Shown here in pieces: positions 1 to 12,389 of a stretch of DNA of 64,000 nucleotides. This stretch comes from Phoronis australis (lineage: Eukaryota; Animalia; Phoronida). The stretch lies in contig NMRA01000065.1 of the NCBI GenBank assembly GCA_002633005.1, forward strand, positions 544,648-608,647, given 5' to 3'. Position numbers and translations under genes: made by a program. The notes under the pieces were generated by a model. That model saw only the letters and a list, made by a program, of their open reading frames with translations. It did not search any database and was not told the origin of the DNA. The number at the start of each line of letters is the position of its first letter. Position 1 is the stretch's first letter.

Positions 1-1125
1 TACTTTGAGCAATGATCTTCTCGAAGATTTTGGACAGGGTGTTAAGTAAATTTGAAATTTAAGTTTCGGAGTCTTTTTGTGTATAGGGACCATAATTCCA
101 TGTTTCCCAGAAGATGGATATGTACATAGCTGAAGAAGTTTGTTAAACAAATTGGTTAAGGGCATGGTAATTTCATTGGCAATCATTTTGATCATCTTAC
201 TGGTTATTAAAGCTGTGCCATCATTCTTTAAGTTATTGGGGTCAATTTAATTGAGATACTTCCGGACATCATTTTGATTAGCCGGGATGTCAGACAGTTG
301 ATTGAGACAACGTTCACGAAGAAAGGAAATGTTACCTACTTCAATTGGTGTAATGTGGCTTTTATTCGTGAAAAATTTGAGAAACAGGTCACACTTGTCA
401 CTACTACTTGAGGCTAGGTTATCATTATGTTTGATGACAGGATAAAAAGATTGTTGTTGACTGCCGCGTATTTTATTGATGGTGTTCCAGTATTCTTTGG
501 AGTTCTTGCTTGCGCTGTTAATCAGTCATCTCATAGACTAGAATGGGTGCAATAAACAGATCGCCTTCTGGACAATGTGGTCAGTGGTGTGTTGGGAGAG
601 GGCATAAAAATCAATCAAAGACAGTGAACTGAAACAACAAGGAGTAAAGAAGCCCATTTAAATGTCATAAGAGACATGCCTGAAAACAGGACTAAAGGTC
701 GTCGCTGGTATATCCGTGGAGGAAAATCCGAAGGTTTCCCACTGTCATTCCTACCAGGTCTTTTACTACAGCAACAATATTCCCATCTCCAAGATGACTG
801 CGAAGAGTCGGATACAAAGACTGCAAACAACGTCATCAGTATCCCTAGAAAGAGGTAATCTCGTGATGATTACGGTACCACAGACAGATGTATAGGTGAT
901 CTTGATGGGGACACTTCGGCAACGACAGCTATAAGCACTATCAGCGTAAAACATATCATATACTGTGCGAAATGAGAAAGAGCAGCAGATTCATCATGTC
1001 TAACACTATAACCATCCTTGAAATGCGCAAAGACGTTATCTGAGCCATGCCCGGACACCACGCCTTCACTGGGTGTGACTACAACTCGATCGCCCTTTAT
1101 TAAAGGCCGATAGGAATAGGTATAG
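1..1125 (-). mobile_element. Degenerate, internally deleted CR1/L2-group LINE related to the copy at 50666-55607 (continues off the left edge)
   Basis: Minus strand 1-520 translates to SKNSKEYWNTINKIRG...DKCDLFLKFFTNKSH...PIHKK...LLNTLSKIFEKII, matching SKNSKEYWDIVNKIRG...DKSILFLDYFTAKSH...PIHKK...LLNTLSKILEKII of ORF 53165-55396. Around 1070-1120 the minus strand (cctattcctatcggcc-tttaataaa) resembles the 5' end of the full copy (tctactcctaccggcc...ttaataaa). The 520-1125 boundary is less certain. Confidence 0.75.
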
Positions 1126-1860
1126 TAATAGAAATGGTAATTTCAGTACTACCTGGAAATAAACGAATCTATGCAATGGTTCCGTTTGCCGTGCAAATGG
1201 TGTCTGAATAATCCCTTATGCTTATTTTTTACTTCATTCTCTAATTTCGTCAGTAAAGGCACATCCAACCCTTAATTGAGTATTGTTGAGAGTGAGGAGA
1301 ATTTCATCAATTTGTTCCCTGTTTTTGGATGGATGCGCTCAATGTTTTAGTACCATTCTCAAAGGCTCCTCCTCACTACACCCACCGAGAACCTGCCAGA
1401 TGGCCATTTCCTAGCATTGGGATATCCATGGAGTACTGTGGTATCAACGAAAATTGGTTACCTTTTAATACTCAAAAAACCTCTGGGATTCCGGTATATT
1501 TTCTCGGAGTGACAGTGTCGGCCTGAAAAAATACACTAGAAACAGAATTTCATAGTCTGATATTGAGAAATCATAGCCAACAAGAGAAAATACTTTTATT
1601 TACGCTCTTAATTTTAGTCTCGAAACGCAACACTTGGAGAATGCATTTTGAAAGACATGTCATCAGCCATTTTCCTTTTCTAGAAAATGATTATTCTTAA
1701 TACAGTCTACGGATTTTGTTAAGGATTCCTCAGCCATATTAGTCGGATAGTCTACAGCCACAGTGTTTACGATCCCACATAAACTGTTTACGTCCTTTTA
1801 AATCAATTTTAGTTTTTTGGAGTATTTTTCGAACATGAACTGCATTCCAAACGGAAGAAC

Positions 1861-2475
1861 TTAAAAATGTGAAATACCATGTCCTTTGAATTCAAACCCC
1901 ATCTGCTTGTACAGTCGCTGTGAACCGTCGTAGTGGGCAAAAGTCGATAGACGGATGCCCGAAAATCCCTTCCACTGGGCATAGCTGAGAGCTGCCGTCA
2001 TTAAGTTTCGCGCAATTCCTCGCCTCCGAAACTGTTTTGAAACGCCGAGACATGAAAGTGTTACCCATTTCGGCATATTCTTCCTTTCTTTCAAAACCAC
2101 GTGGCCCACCACACTTTCCCTGCTCAGCGCTATCCAGCATGTCGTGCTGTCGGGTTTTAACGCCTCCAGTAGATCGTTCTGCTTTCGGTATGTGTGACGT
2201 AAACTGAGAAGTAGAGCACGTGTAAAAACACAACATCCAAACCCAAGCGTAACGAAAGTTCCACGTGTCCATCCAAGCTGAAGAACGGCGATTAGGAGGA
2301 CTGAGATCACGTATAACCAAGTTACGGAGTGTTTCCACGTGGCTCTGAGAAAGAGGTTCAAGTAAACTTCTTTCAGCTGATCTCTGTATAGCCTACATAC
2401 AGCTTCCACGTCCTTTTGACTTTTCGAAGGACGAATCACAATTTTGCAAAGGGAGCTCTTTTCACTTTTAGTCAT
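1861..2475 (-). CDS. NAT8/camello-like GNAT N-acetyltransferase, single coding exon
   Basis: First ATG at 2475 (MTKSEK..). Has N-terminal VIRP, an internal hydrophobic hairpin (WLYVISVLLIAVLQLGW..FVTLGFGCCVF) typical of NAT8, the acetyl-CoA motif V-x3-FRRRGIARNLM, and LST...QRLYKQMGF. The frame continues 20 codons past the TAA at 1861-1863, to 1798. Confidence 0.85.
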   Translation of the reverse strand: MTKSEKSSLCKIVIRPSKSQKDVEAVCRLYRDQLKEVYLNLFLRATWKHSVTWLYVISVLLIAVLQLGWTRGTFVTLGFGCCVFTRALLLSLRHTYRKQNDLLEALKPDSTTCWIALSRESVVGHVVLKERKNMPKWVTLSCLGVSKQFRRRGIARNLMTAALSYAQWKGFSGIRLSTFAHYDGSQRLYKQMGFEFKGHGISHF

Positions 2476-2857
2476 GGCTAAAAACGAAATCAAATGTGTC
2501 AGTTCGACGGCAAAACGCAAGTGAGGCTTTACGTGTGCTAGGGGCTGTCATAAATGTGTTCAGAAATGATCAATGAACGTAGTACCCCATTCACAAACAA
2601 ACATGCTTCCGGCCAACAATGTATTAAAAACACCACACGATTTTTTATCCTACTGGTCGGAAAGCAGTCAGCTACGAGTCAGAACGAGCTTGCGGCTGGT
2701 CGTTATTAGCACCGAACAGTAGACCTAGACACTGAGTAGACCACATTACTGACTGCAGTACCAACATCAGTGCTTACTTCTGATGTCTTGGTCACATACC
2801 GAGAGATGCTCGCCCGATATCGCACAGTGAATTCTACCCCAAAGAATTACATAATTC

Positions 2858-3454
2858 AGGACCATAGGAAGCGGGGGGAGGCGGGGTTGGGCACGGGCCC
2901 CCAAAACATTTTCAGACGTCTGGGTTAAACCGTAGCAACCGACATAGGCATGGTGTGGGGGCAGTCCAGAAAAGAAAGACTGCGTAAAACGGATAAGAGA
3001 GAAAATTCAAGAGGACGTTTAACAAATCTGCATCAGTGCATGGTTTACCTTTTGAGGACAGTGGCCAGGACACTGTCGTTAGGGCCTTCAATTTGCATCA
3101 CAGGTCGTCTAAACGCAAACATATATTTCGAAAAATCGAGAAGATTTGTAAAGCGAAGCTTTTGCGGAGCGTACTAATTTACTGGATGTTTAAATTAAAT
3201 AAGTCAATTTTGCGAATGCAAATATATATTTTTCCAGAGGCCCCTCTCTCGCAAGGGATAACGGAGACAACTTTCGTTTTATTTTTTTCTCGAAACTGTA
3301 TATCACTTGAGAAAAATTGATGACAGATAACATCAATTGCTGCGCAATTCCTGATATTTGAAAATACATATACTTACACATATTTAGGAGGTCATTGATG
3401 ACATTCAAGTGGCCACCTTTTTGTGTTTTTATTGACAAATTCTTACGGGGCCGC
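2858..3454 (+). mobile_element. Possible hAT-derived non-autonomous relic
   Basis: CAG start with G-rich subterminal sequence and a loose inverted end near 3440-3454. Internal GRLTNL..SVH..DTVVRAF resembles the hAT C-terminal dimerisation domain. No clear TSD. Confidence 0.3.
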
Positions 3455-3622
3455 TCACGGAGAGGGCCCAATGTTGGAATCGATTACCTCTATTTCCTGT
3501 TGTTTGTGAAATCGTGCTTTCATGTTGAAGGAGGTCACTCCCTGCCTCGTTTTGGGACCACACGACGGTGGAATGAATTGTCACTTTTTCCAAGCTCAAT
3601 GACGTTTAGCCTTTCATCTTAA

Positions 3623-5529
3623 GGTGTCCCATTTCAGACGGTGCCCTCTCTCAGTGGAGCAGTTCGGGGTAAATGTCCCTTTGTCCCTCTATATATACAT
3701 GTATATCTGCGCGTGCACGACAGGTGTACACAGGCACTATGTCTGCGCGTGCACGACAGGTGTACACAAACAATTATGGTTGATAAAATTTATTACAAAT
3801 GATTCTTTACAATAGATTAATTTCGACTATTTCTAAGAATGTTATGACATGCTATAAGATGTTGATAAGAATTAATATTAACGAATGGTGTAACATAAGA
3901 TCTAAGTTTTTGTACCCTAGTAATATATACGAATCTTGTCACTGACCAAAACGATCCTAAGAATAATTCTGTAAACGATGATCAAACTGATATATGTGAA
4001 CGATGATCAGTCTCATCAGAATTCATATCAACCAAAATGGAGGTGCAAGAGTTTTACACAAGCATTAATTATTCTAAGTTTAGAAAATGATTGAGACAGT
4101 GAAGAAGACGAACAGTACACAATGTCTATTTTGTTAAGTACAACTTCAGTAAGATTGACAGCAAATATAAGGGGCAAAACTAAGCCTTTGAACTAACAAG
4201 GAACAATGTATAATGCATACAGAAGTATGCAACAGTCAGGGCACGGACTTCTGGGAGGGAGAGGCGACACAACAATTTATGATCATCGGCACTAAACATT
4301 TTAGCATCAGAAATATTACATAGATTTATTCAAGTAAGTCAGGCAAACGCATTTTAACTAATAATCCGCTGGTGCCACCTGTCGCCCTGAAGTGTCATAA
4401 CCAGAGGGTTCCAGTTTAATCAAGTCCTGCAGCCATTCTATTACTGCTGATGAATTTCTGTAATTACTTCACGTTTCGTCTCTTATAGTTGCTAAACCTA
4501 AATTGAAACATTAGAACGTTCTAGAAACCATGTGTAGTTAGTTGTTGCAACAAGAGGTGGGTTACATATATCAAACGTGACGAATATCCGTGGCGTTGGC
4601 GCATTGAATTTTGGAATTAAATGCTGAATGACGTCAATATGAACAATATTGCCACAAGTCAAACTTAAATACATGTAACCCTGCTAAAACTAATGATAGC
4701 CTAAAGGTATTTCAATAAACACAATATACATTCATTGACTGGCCTTGGGGCATTACAAGCTTCAAAGTGTAACACATATCAAATCCAAATAGAAAAAAGT
4801 TCGTCTCACCCACTTGTTAGACGAAGTACAGGCTCTAGTTCCTATTTTTGGTTATACTAATTGTCGTAGCTCGCTACATAAATATAGACAATCTACTTCC
4901 GTGGTCATGACCATAATATAGAAAAGCGGTACATAGGTAGGCACTCTATATCCATGGCCATGACCATAAATATAGAATAGCGTGCTACATACAGAGACAT
5001 TCTAAATCCATGGCTATAACCATAATATAGAATAGCCCACTAACCCCTGTATGTAAATCTGACACTGCCAAGTATTCATGAGGGAAGCTGAGATTCCAAA
5101 TTCATCAAAAAAAAAAACACAAAACATTCTTGCACAGCACAACCATTCGACCCAAACAACTAAAATTTGAATAAATACAGTAGGAATGCCGCCACCGAAA
5201 GGGTGGAATTTTGAAAAACGTGAAGACCACTAATTGTGAATTACACAAAAGGACTATTTCCGATGGTTAGTTATAAAATAATATTACTGTTTCCGTTAGT
5301 ATCTCAAGAATAGAATCTCTTTTGACAATGGTTACTATGAGTTGTTTGTAAGGAATTCCCACTTGTCGAAAACAGTGTTGTCTAAGCTACTATTTGTAAT
5401 GATCGTGTACATGTCGAAAGGGTTACTCAAAGAACTCTCGCAATCATAAACAAAGATTTCAACGTTTTTTTTGTCAGTTGAGTTCAAGTTTACATCGTGA
5501 ACCGTTATAGGTACCTCTGAAAACACACC
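3623..5529. mobile_element. Possible TTAA-flanked (Kolobok-like) non-autonomous element
   Basis: TTAA at 3619-3622 and 5530-5533. Imperfect TIRs with indels: ggtgtcccatttcagacggtgcc vs reverse complement ggtgtgttttcagaggtacc. Confidence 0.35.
4885..5036. repeat. Degenerate tandem repeat, ~56-58 bp unit x ~2.7
   Basis: Recurring ccatgg..atgaccataa(a)tatagaa(a/t)agc. Confidence 0.65.
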
Positions 5530-6562
5530 TTAATACGAATACCCCATCTCCCATATTCCCCCGGTTACCCGTCAAAAGTCTGCGAGCATGCATGCGGAAA
5601 TTGCACATAACATTCCTGTCCGATAAACACATTCTTTGGTTTCTGATTTACTTGTTTAAGTATCTACGAATATCGATAGATTCATAGATGATATTTGACA
5701 ATTAGAAGCTAATCTTGTAAGAATTGGTGATAATTCAGTGAATTTAATTGCTGCCTGAAGTTAGAAAAACTCTATAATCCGATCCACAAATAGTAAAGTA
5801 CACTTAGACGACTTTTACCTATCTAAAATAACTCTCAAAGACATTGATGAAATTCGTACACACAAACCGTAGATAGAAAAAAACGTTTTAAAAATCCGTA
5901 AATAAATAAAATTAAACTCATTTCTTGGGAAGGTTGTCTTCGCAGTTCCTTTGTGTTTTTAGTTTCCAGTAGCATTGAGTAATGATTTTTTTTCTTCAAA
6001 AATGAATTGATTGCTTTTCCTGACTGACGTATCCACGTTAAAAATAAGATGTAACCATGCAGTAGGCCGCTCAGACTCTCAGTGATAACCTCAAGAACTG
6101 AATTTGAACTACAAGCGTTCAGGAAGTGTGTACATTTTGGGACACACTATCCTTTCCCCAGTCACCAGAAACTGAACTACCGGTCGTGTTTCAATTAGGG
6201 ATTTTGAAACAGCCCCAAAGGCAATAAACCAGGGACTTCGGGGCCTCATCTTTTCAAAAAAACTTTCAAAGAATGACCATAATAAAATAAAGTTTTCCCG
6301 AAACTAGATCACAACAAAACGAATCTTGACCTTAGAACGAGTGCAGACGGCCGTTACGAGCTAAGCTGCCTGTCTCAAGTGAATCATAGTTGAGCTGACC
6401 AGCAACTAGCTTTAGTTCATCGGGAATTTCTTGTTTTCACACTGTTAGATCTCACTTCTGTAGCTGCTTGAGGCATCTCTCAGCTCCTAGGCCCATTCTT
6501 ACTCTCCGTGTTGGTTCACGGTTACCCAACTCTTAATGTCTGGATCTCCGGGATTGTTCGAG

Positions 6563-6712
6563 AAGCGGATCCATGATTTTGAGTTGGGGGGGGGATAGGG
6601 CAGAGTAGCCAGGGTTTTTACCAGTCAACAATTGGCACCTCCGAACTGTCAATTGGAGTCTGGGAGAATTTTAGGGGGGTCATGGCCTCTTGGCTCCCTA
6701 AATCCGCCACTG
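6563..6712. mobile_element. Short GGCGGATCC-type MITE copy
   Basis: Starts gcggatccatgattttgagttgggg and ends ctaaatccgccactg. Same family as 42668-42819; another right end lies at ~7690-7723. Confidence 0.55.
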
Positions 6713-6786
6713 TACCACCCCATGTGGGAGATTTGGTACAAATATGGTGGCACCGGGAGGACGGGGGCGAAGGGGGGGGGGGGGGG

Positions 6787-7633
6787 NNNNNNNNNNNNNN
6801 NNNNNNNNNNNNNNNNNNNNNNNNNNNNNNNNNNNNNNNNNNNNNNNNNNNNNNNNNNNNNNNNNNNNNNNNNNNNNNNNNNNNNNNNNNNNNNNNNNNN
6901 NNNNNNNNNNNNNNNNNNNNNNNNNNNNNNNNNNNNNNNNNNNNNNNNNNNNNNNNNNNNNNNNNNNNNNNNNNNNNNNNNNNNNNNNNNNNNNNNNNNN
7001 NNNNNNNNNNNNNNNNNNNNNNNNNNNNNNNNNNNNNNNNNNNNNNNNNNNNNNNNNNNNNNNNNNNNNNNNNNNNNNNNNNNNNNNNNNNNNNNNNNNN
7101 NNNNNNNNNNNNNNNNNNNNNNNNNNNNNNNNNNNNNNNNNNNNNNNNNNNNNNNNNNNNNNNNNNNNNNNNNNNNNNNNNNNNNNNNNNNNNNNNNNNN
7201 NNNNNNNNNNNNNNNNNNNNNNNNNNNNNNNNNNNNNNNNNNNNNNNNNNNNNNNNNNNNNNNNNNNNNNNNNNNNNNNNNNNNNNNNNNNNNNNNNNNN
7301 NNNNNNNNNNNNNNNNNNNNNNNNNNNNNNNNNNNNNNNNNNNNNNNNNNNNNNNNNNNNNNNNNNNNNNNNNNNNNNNNNNNNNNNNNNNNNNNNNNNN
7401 NNNNNNNNNNNNNNNNNNNNNNNNNNNNNNNNNNNNNNNNNNNNNNNNNNNNNNNNNNNNNNNNNNNNNNNNNNNNNNNNNNNNNNNNNNNNNNNNNNNN
7501 NNNNNNNNNNNNNNNNNNNNNNNNNNNNNNNNNNNNNNNNNNNNNNNNNNNNNNNNNNNNNNNNNNNNNNNNNNNNNNNNNNNNNNNNNNNNNNNNNNNN
7601 NNNNNNNNNNNNNNNNNNNNNNNNNNNNNNNNN
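6787..7633. other. Assembly gap (N run)
   Basis: Run of N; ORFs spanning it are artefacts. Confidence 1.
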
Positions 7634-10600
7634 GCATCTACAATCGTGGTTCAGTTTGCGCAAATGTTTACAGCCGGACAAAATGTTGGGCCCCCCCCCT
7701 TGTGATATCCTAGATCCGCCACTGGAGTCTCACCGTTATGTCCGTATACACTTCAAACTTACGCCGCGATTCAAAAAGAATGCAAAAGTTTTGCTGCTCT
7801 TGCGAGGGATGTGCCCCACTACGCGGGTCTGGACTTTGAAAACAGACGCAGCGTACTTGTCAGCGGGCCGATTGCATTGTTTCTTTCCGGTACAGATCTT
7901 TGTCAGGATCTCTGATTTTTCGACGCTTTTCGTGATCGAAAAAACCCAACGGGAATGCAAATATGCGTTTGTTTATGCGATCGGGAACACATTGTGGCGT
8001 GTTGAACAGTAATGAACTTTTTACTTATAAAACGTGAAAAAAGTTTACAAAATAAGTGTGGTGCAATGAATTAATCACATTTTGTGTCGTTACTGTGCTA
8101 CTTTCGTATCAAAACTGAACAACAACATAGCATATTTCCATTAAATTGCCATGAGCACTACATGTGCATCAAGCATAACTTTAATTTCACAAACAAATTT
8201 ATTTTCATTTCAGGAAACAAGTTAACTGTTAATGTGAGGCGAGCTTCAACGAACCTGTTACCCATGACGTGAAGGACACCCGATCAGGGTTTCGAAAAGT
8301 ACAGGCCAGGCATCTACTTTTAGACCAAATCACTGAGAACAAGGGTTTCACCCAGGAGTTGTTCCATGTAGCCTGTCAGCCAGGGATAAACAATTTGTTG
8401 CACCACCGAGATGAAAGCGAGTGTAGAATCTTCTTGTAAAATTGTGACAGCAAAAGGAGAAAAAAAAATCAAAAAGCCAGTGAAGTCAAAGAATGATGAT
8501 GAGCTTGCCCATGGGGAGAGAGGGGAGTGCGGCAACACTTCACGAGATGATTTAAAGATTCCCACTCATAAACGTCTGGGATAAAAAAATGGCCAAAAGT
8601 TGTGTAAACTGGTGTGCTGATAAAATGGGTGGGATTTTACTTGATATTTTACTGATAACATCCATACAGAGATGAACAGATTAGCTTGTGGCACCGTGTG
8701 GCTTGACTGTACGTTGTGTTTGACTCTTCTGTTTTGTAGTATTGGTCCAAATTTCACCTGCATCATCAGTTCATGATCTCGAGTTTAATGTGACATTGAA
8801 AAAGATTGAGAGTTATTATACACATACTATATTGTGATTTTCTCAAAACGCAGTCAACGTCACTTCAACTACACACTGTAGTGATTTACACAGGAAATCA
8901 ACAATATTATAGCATTTCTATTATAATATTAATCTTTTATCACACATACCTCAAAACTGGTCTTACAAAAATATATAAATTTATTTATAGGGAAATCAAC
9001 AAAACAAGTCCATTGAACATTTCCAAGGAATTACTTTTGGAATGTATTAGACTAAATCATCACTGAATCATAGACAATGTATTTGGGACTGATTGATAGT
9101 ATAACAGTTTCTCACAGGAAATCAACTACAATATGAAAGCAATTTCTACAATAATCATAGACATATATTTTCATTCAAAATACTCATTGGTCAGAACAAT
9201 TGTATGTAAGTATTGCCCAATGACACTTAGATTGGCCATTTAAATCTACCTAAACACTACAAAAATGTACTGGTTCTGTTAAAGATCCTTTTGAAATAAC
9301 TCAAACATAGAAAGAAACTTGAGGAAAAAAGGTTCAAAACAAAACGTCAAAATACTATCACATCAGACAACTGCCAACCACAGACTTTGTAAATCTGAAT
9401 AAACTACAGTGACTTAATAACCTTCAGCACTGGACTTAATGATTTCATTCATGACGTTTCTGCTTGCTATGCCTGTAGAAGGAGCCAACTGTTTGCATGA
9501 CATGCCAAATTCATCACAAAAATCAGTGTCCTCGTGCTGTGACGCAGTCTCGCATCAGGCCTACTCTTTCCGTGAAACGTTGATCACAGATAGGACACCG
9601 AATCGACTTGGTTCCTGAGCACGATGCTTCATGCTTTGTTTTACTATATTGGTAAAAAACTCTTGACGCATGCAACACGTCAACCACAGGGCTGGTAAAG
9701 GTCTTGCTTTGTTGTAGTGTCACTGTATTTTATTGCCATGTGGTCATACTAAGTCGATTTCTTAGTTCCTGAACGAGGCTCCACAACACACGCACACACA
9801 CACACTCTGTCATGCAGCAGTTGTACAACTCTTTTTTGAAGGCGTGGACGTTAACACCCTAAAGGACTCATCGTGTGACTACAGTTCAACTGAAAAAATC
9901 AAACGCATTCAGTAATGTTTGTTAGACTAAATCTCACTTAGAAATAAAAAAAAACGATGAAATGTAATTAATAGTTAACCCATCAATTAATTCAGGCACC
10001 GTCTCACTCAAGGACCTGCTTGTGTTGGTAAATATCTCAAATTGTTTCACAAATCATAACTAACAAAAGTGTCACCAGGGACGATTAAACTATAAACGTC
10101 ACACGTTTCTTATTAAGGACCCTGGAATTGCTAATAACAAGTAGAAATTGTCGATTTTACGAGGCGCAAGGCATTTTACGGAAAGCTATTCTTTCTGAGC
10201 TCTTTATTTTAAAAAAATAAGCAAAAGCCAAATATTATTTCAGATCCACAACAAAGGTTACACTCTGAAGCTTTCAGTGTGTAAAATTTGGACCAAAGTG
10301 GCCTCTATTTAAGCAGAATAAGACACTTAATCTCACCGGGTACGTGACTGTCGTCTGTCATTTTTGATGCAAGGTCTCGTTCTCGATCGCCTTCCGGGCG
10401 TTCTCAATCTCAGGTTGGCCGGGGTCGTGTTAGCACGCGGCCAAGAAGCGCGCTGCATAATGTACCGGCTGTCATCGAAGACATTTAGTCGGGAACTATC
10501 TATTTATGAAACGGGTAACATAACATCGGCAAGAAATAAATATTGGCACTAATTTCCGAAAGTTTCTAATACCGTAAAAAACTTTTGCATTATTTTTAAG

Positions 10601-11114
10601 AGAAATTATTTAACTAATCATAATTGGTGTTTTTAAAGTCAAAATGACCCACTGATAGTGAACACATTCGCACTCTTACACCCCGAATCTTCCGGAAAAT
10701 AGCTGTTACACTACGGTCACGCATCCACTCACCCGGCGACTCAATGAGTGACATGTCGGTCTTACCGAAACAATTCTCGAACGTTTTTTAGCAGATGAGA
10801 CCAGCAAATGCTAAGCTAAATATTAAAAGACGCTCTGCTTGACTGCTTGAGTTAATTTCTTTGGATGATCGAGAGCGCCGAGTAGGCTTTGGCGTCAAAA
10901 GTCCCTTTTAGCTACTAATTATCGAATAAAAATCACCCTATTACGCCAAGTCACCCGAATAGCACTCAGACGACGCAACAGGACAAGTGGTGTCCGATTT
11001 GCGACTAAGTCATTACTGAAGCTTGATTGCTGCCGAGGGTTAGCAATATTTGCACACCGCACGGTTTTACGTACGCCGGCTGTTATTGGTAGTCACATGC
11101 CTACAATTCCCATT

Positions 11115-11499
11115 TCCCGTCCACACGACTCCACTTTCGTATCATTTTCAAAAAGTTCACATTCAGGTAGAAACACGAAAAAATTGATACGATCGGAAAA
11201 TGTAACTTTTTCTTTGCGTCTTAAATAGTTTCCACCGATAATACGTCAGTGCTTTCCGAAAGTAACGTTTACGCCTGTCCAAAAACATACAGTGAATATT
11301 GCTTTTTAAAAATAAGTTGCGTTTTTCTTATCCACATGAATATTGTGAATATAACGTTTTCAATTCCCGAGATTATACTCAAAAGTTTGTGAGTTTGGTT
11401 ATCGAATTCAGTGGATACGTGTGGACAGAAGTGAAGCCGCATCCGTTAAGAAAAGTTTGAATTTTCAAAAGTTTGCGGAGTCATGCGCACAAAGCCTAA
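11115..11499. mobile_element. Harbinger-type non-autonomous relic
   Basis: ccgtccacacgactcc on the left, internal cgtgtggacag, and ggagtcatgcgcacaaagcctaa on the right, resembling GGCC..GTCCACACG/TWA-type MITE ends. Degraded. Confidence 0.4.
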
Positions 11500-12389
11500 A
11501 GTAATGAAATTGCGAAGAACGACATAGCGCGTCTTACGCATTTTTAATTCGTAAATCTTACGGCATACCACAAAAATTGTAAATACGCACTTGCAACATT
11601 TCAAAAGTGACGCCCAGGTCGAAAATAAATGAGCACTTGAGTCATACAGATTTATTTATACAATCATGATTTTTACTTGGTTACCAATTTCTTAAAATAG
11701 ACGAAGTCACGTTTAAAATAATGAGGCCGTTAAAAATTATCAATGACTTCAATCTGCTTGTTTTTTTACTACTACTTTGCACTTTTAGTTCATTTTACTT
11801 CCCACGGAGAATGGCTGTATATGCCCAAATCATAAATTCCCCCATAATTCGAACAATTAAAGTTTACGAAACGTAAACGAGCAGTATTCTGACGCTGCGT
11901 TGCTAAAAACATTAGCCCATGACCTAACAGAAATCACGTGACCAACTGTTGCGTTATCCATAATCCATCGTGAGGTAGTGTTGTGGTCAAGGCTAGAGTA
12001 ACGCTAGTGCCTCGTAATAAAAAAGATCTCGCGAAATTCCGCGAGATGCTGCCATTTTTCAATGACAGCAAAAGGTTTGGGCTAGATTTTCTGGCCCTGA
12101 GAATAAGTTATTGAACTCGACCTAGACTCGCATTACGCGATCTAGTATCGTATCCCGGTCAGAATCAAATGGCATGTTATGTTTGCTGGCGAAAACATAT
12201 TGAACTAAAACATCGAAATTCCAATTGCTGTGTGCGGGCTAATTCGTAGCAGTTTTATAGATTGTTTTGTGAAAGAATCTTGAAATGGAGTCAACCTTGG
12301 AATTCTGTGAAGAAATGGAGTGAATTTAACTACTTTACCCAAGAACAATTCTTACAAGAAGTGCAATCCATCGATAACCTTTAACTTAA

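Noticed and set aside
630-648. 19-bp exact match tgaaacaacaaggagtaaa to 51220-51238
   Set aside because: Orientation is opposite to the rest of the LINE homology and the similarity does not extend; cannot distinguish from chance or a small inversion.
6618-8012. Long ORFs of 327-422 aa
   Set aside because: Artefacts of translating through the N gap.
8200-9900. Possible coding relic with C2H2-like fragments (CPICDQRF on minus)
   Set aside because: Too fragmented to assign; probably decayed TE.
11930-12060. Promoter-like cluster (TCACGTGAC, TCTCGCGA, YY1-like)
   Set aside because: No associated host exon found; lies among TE relics.
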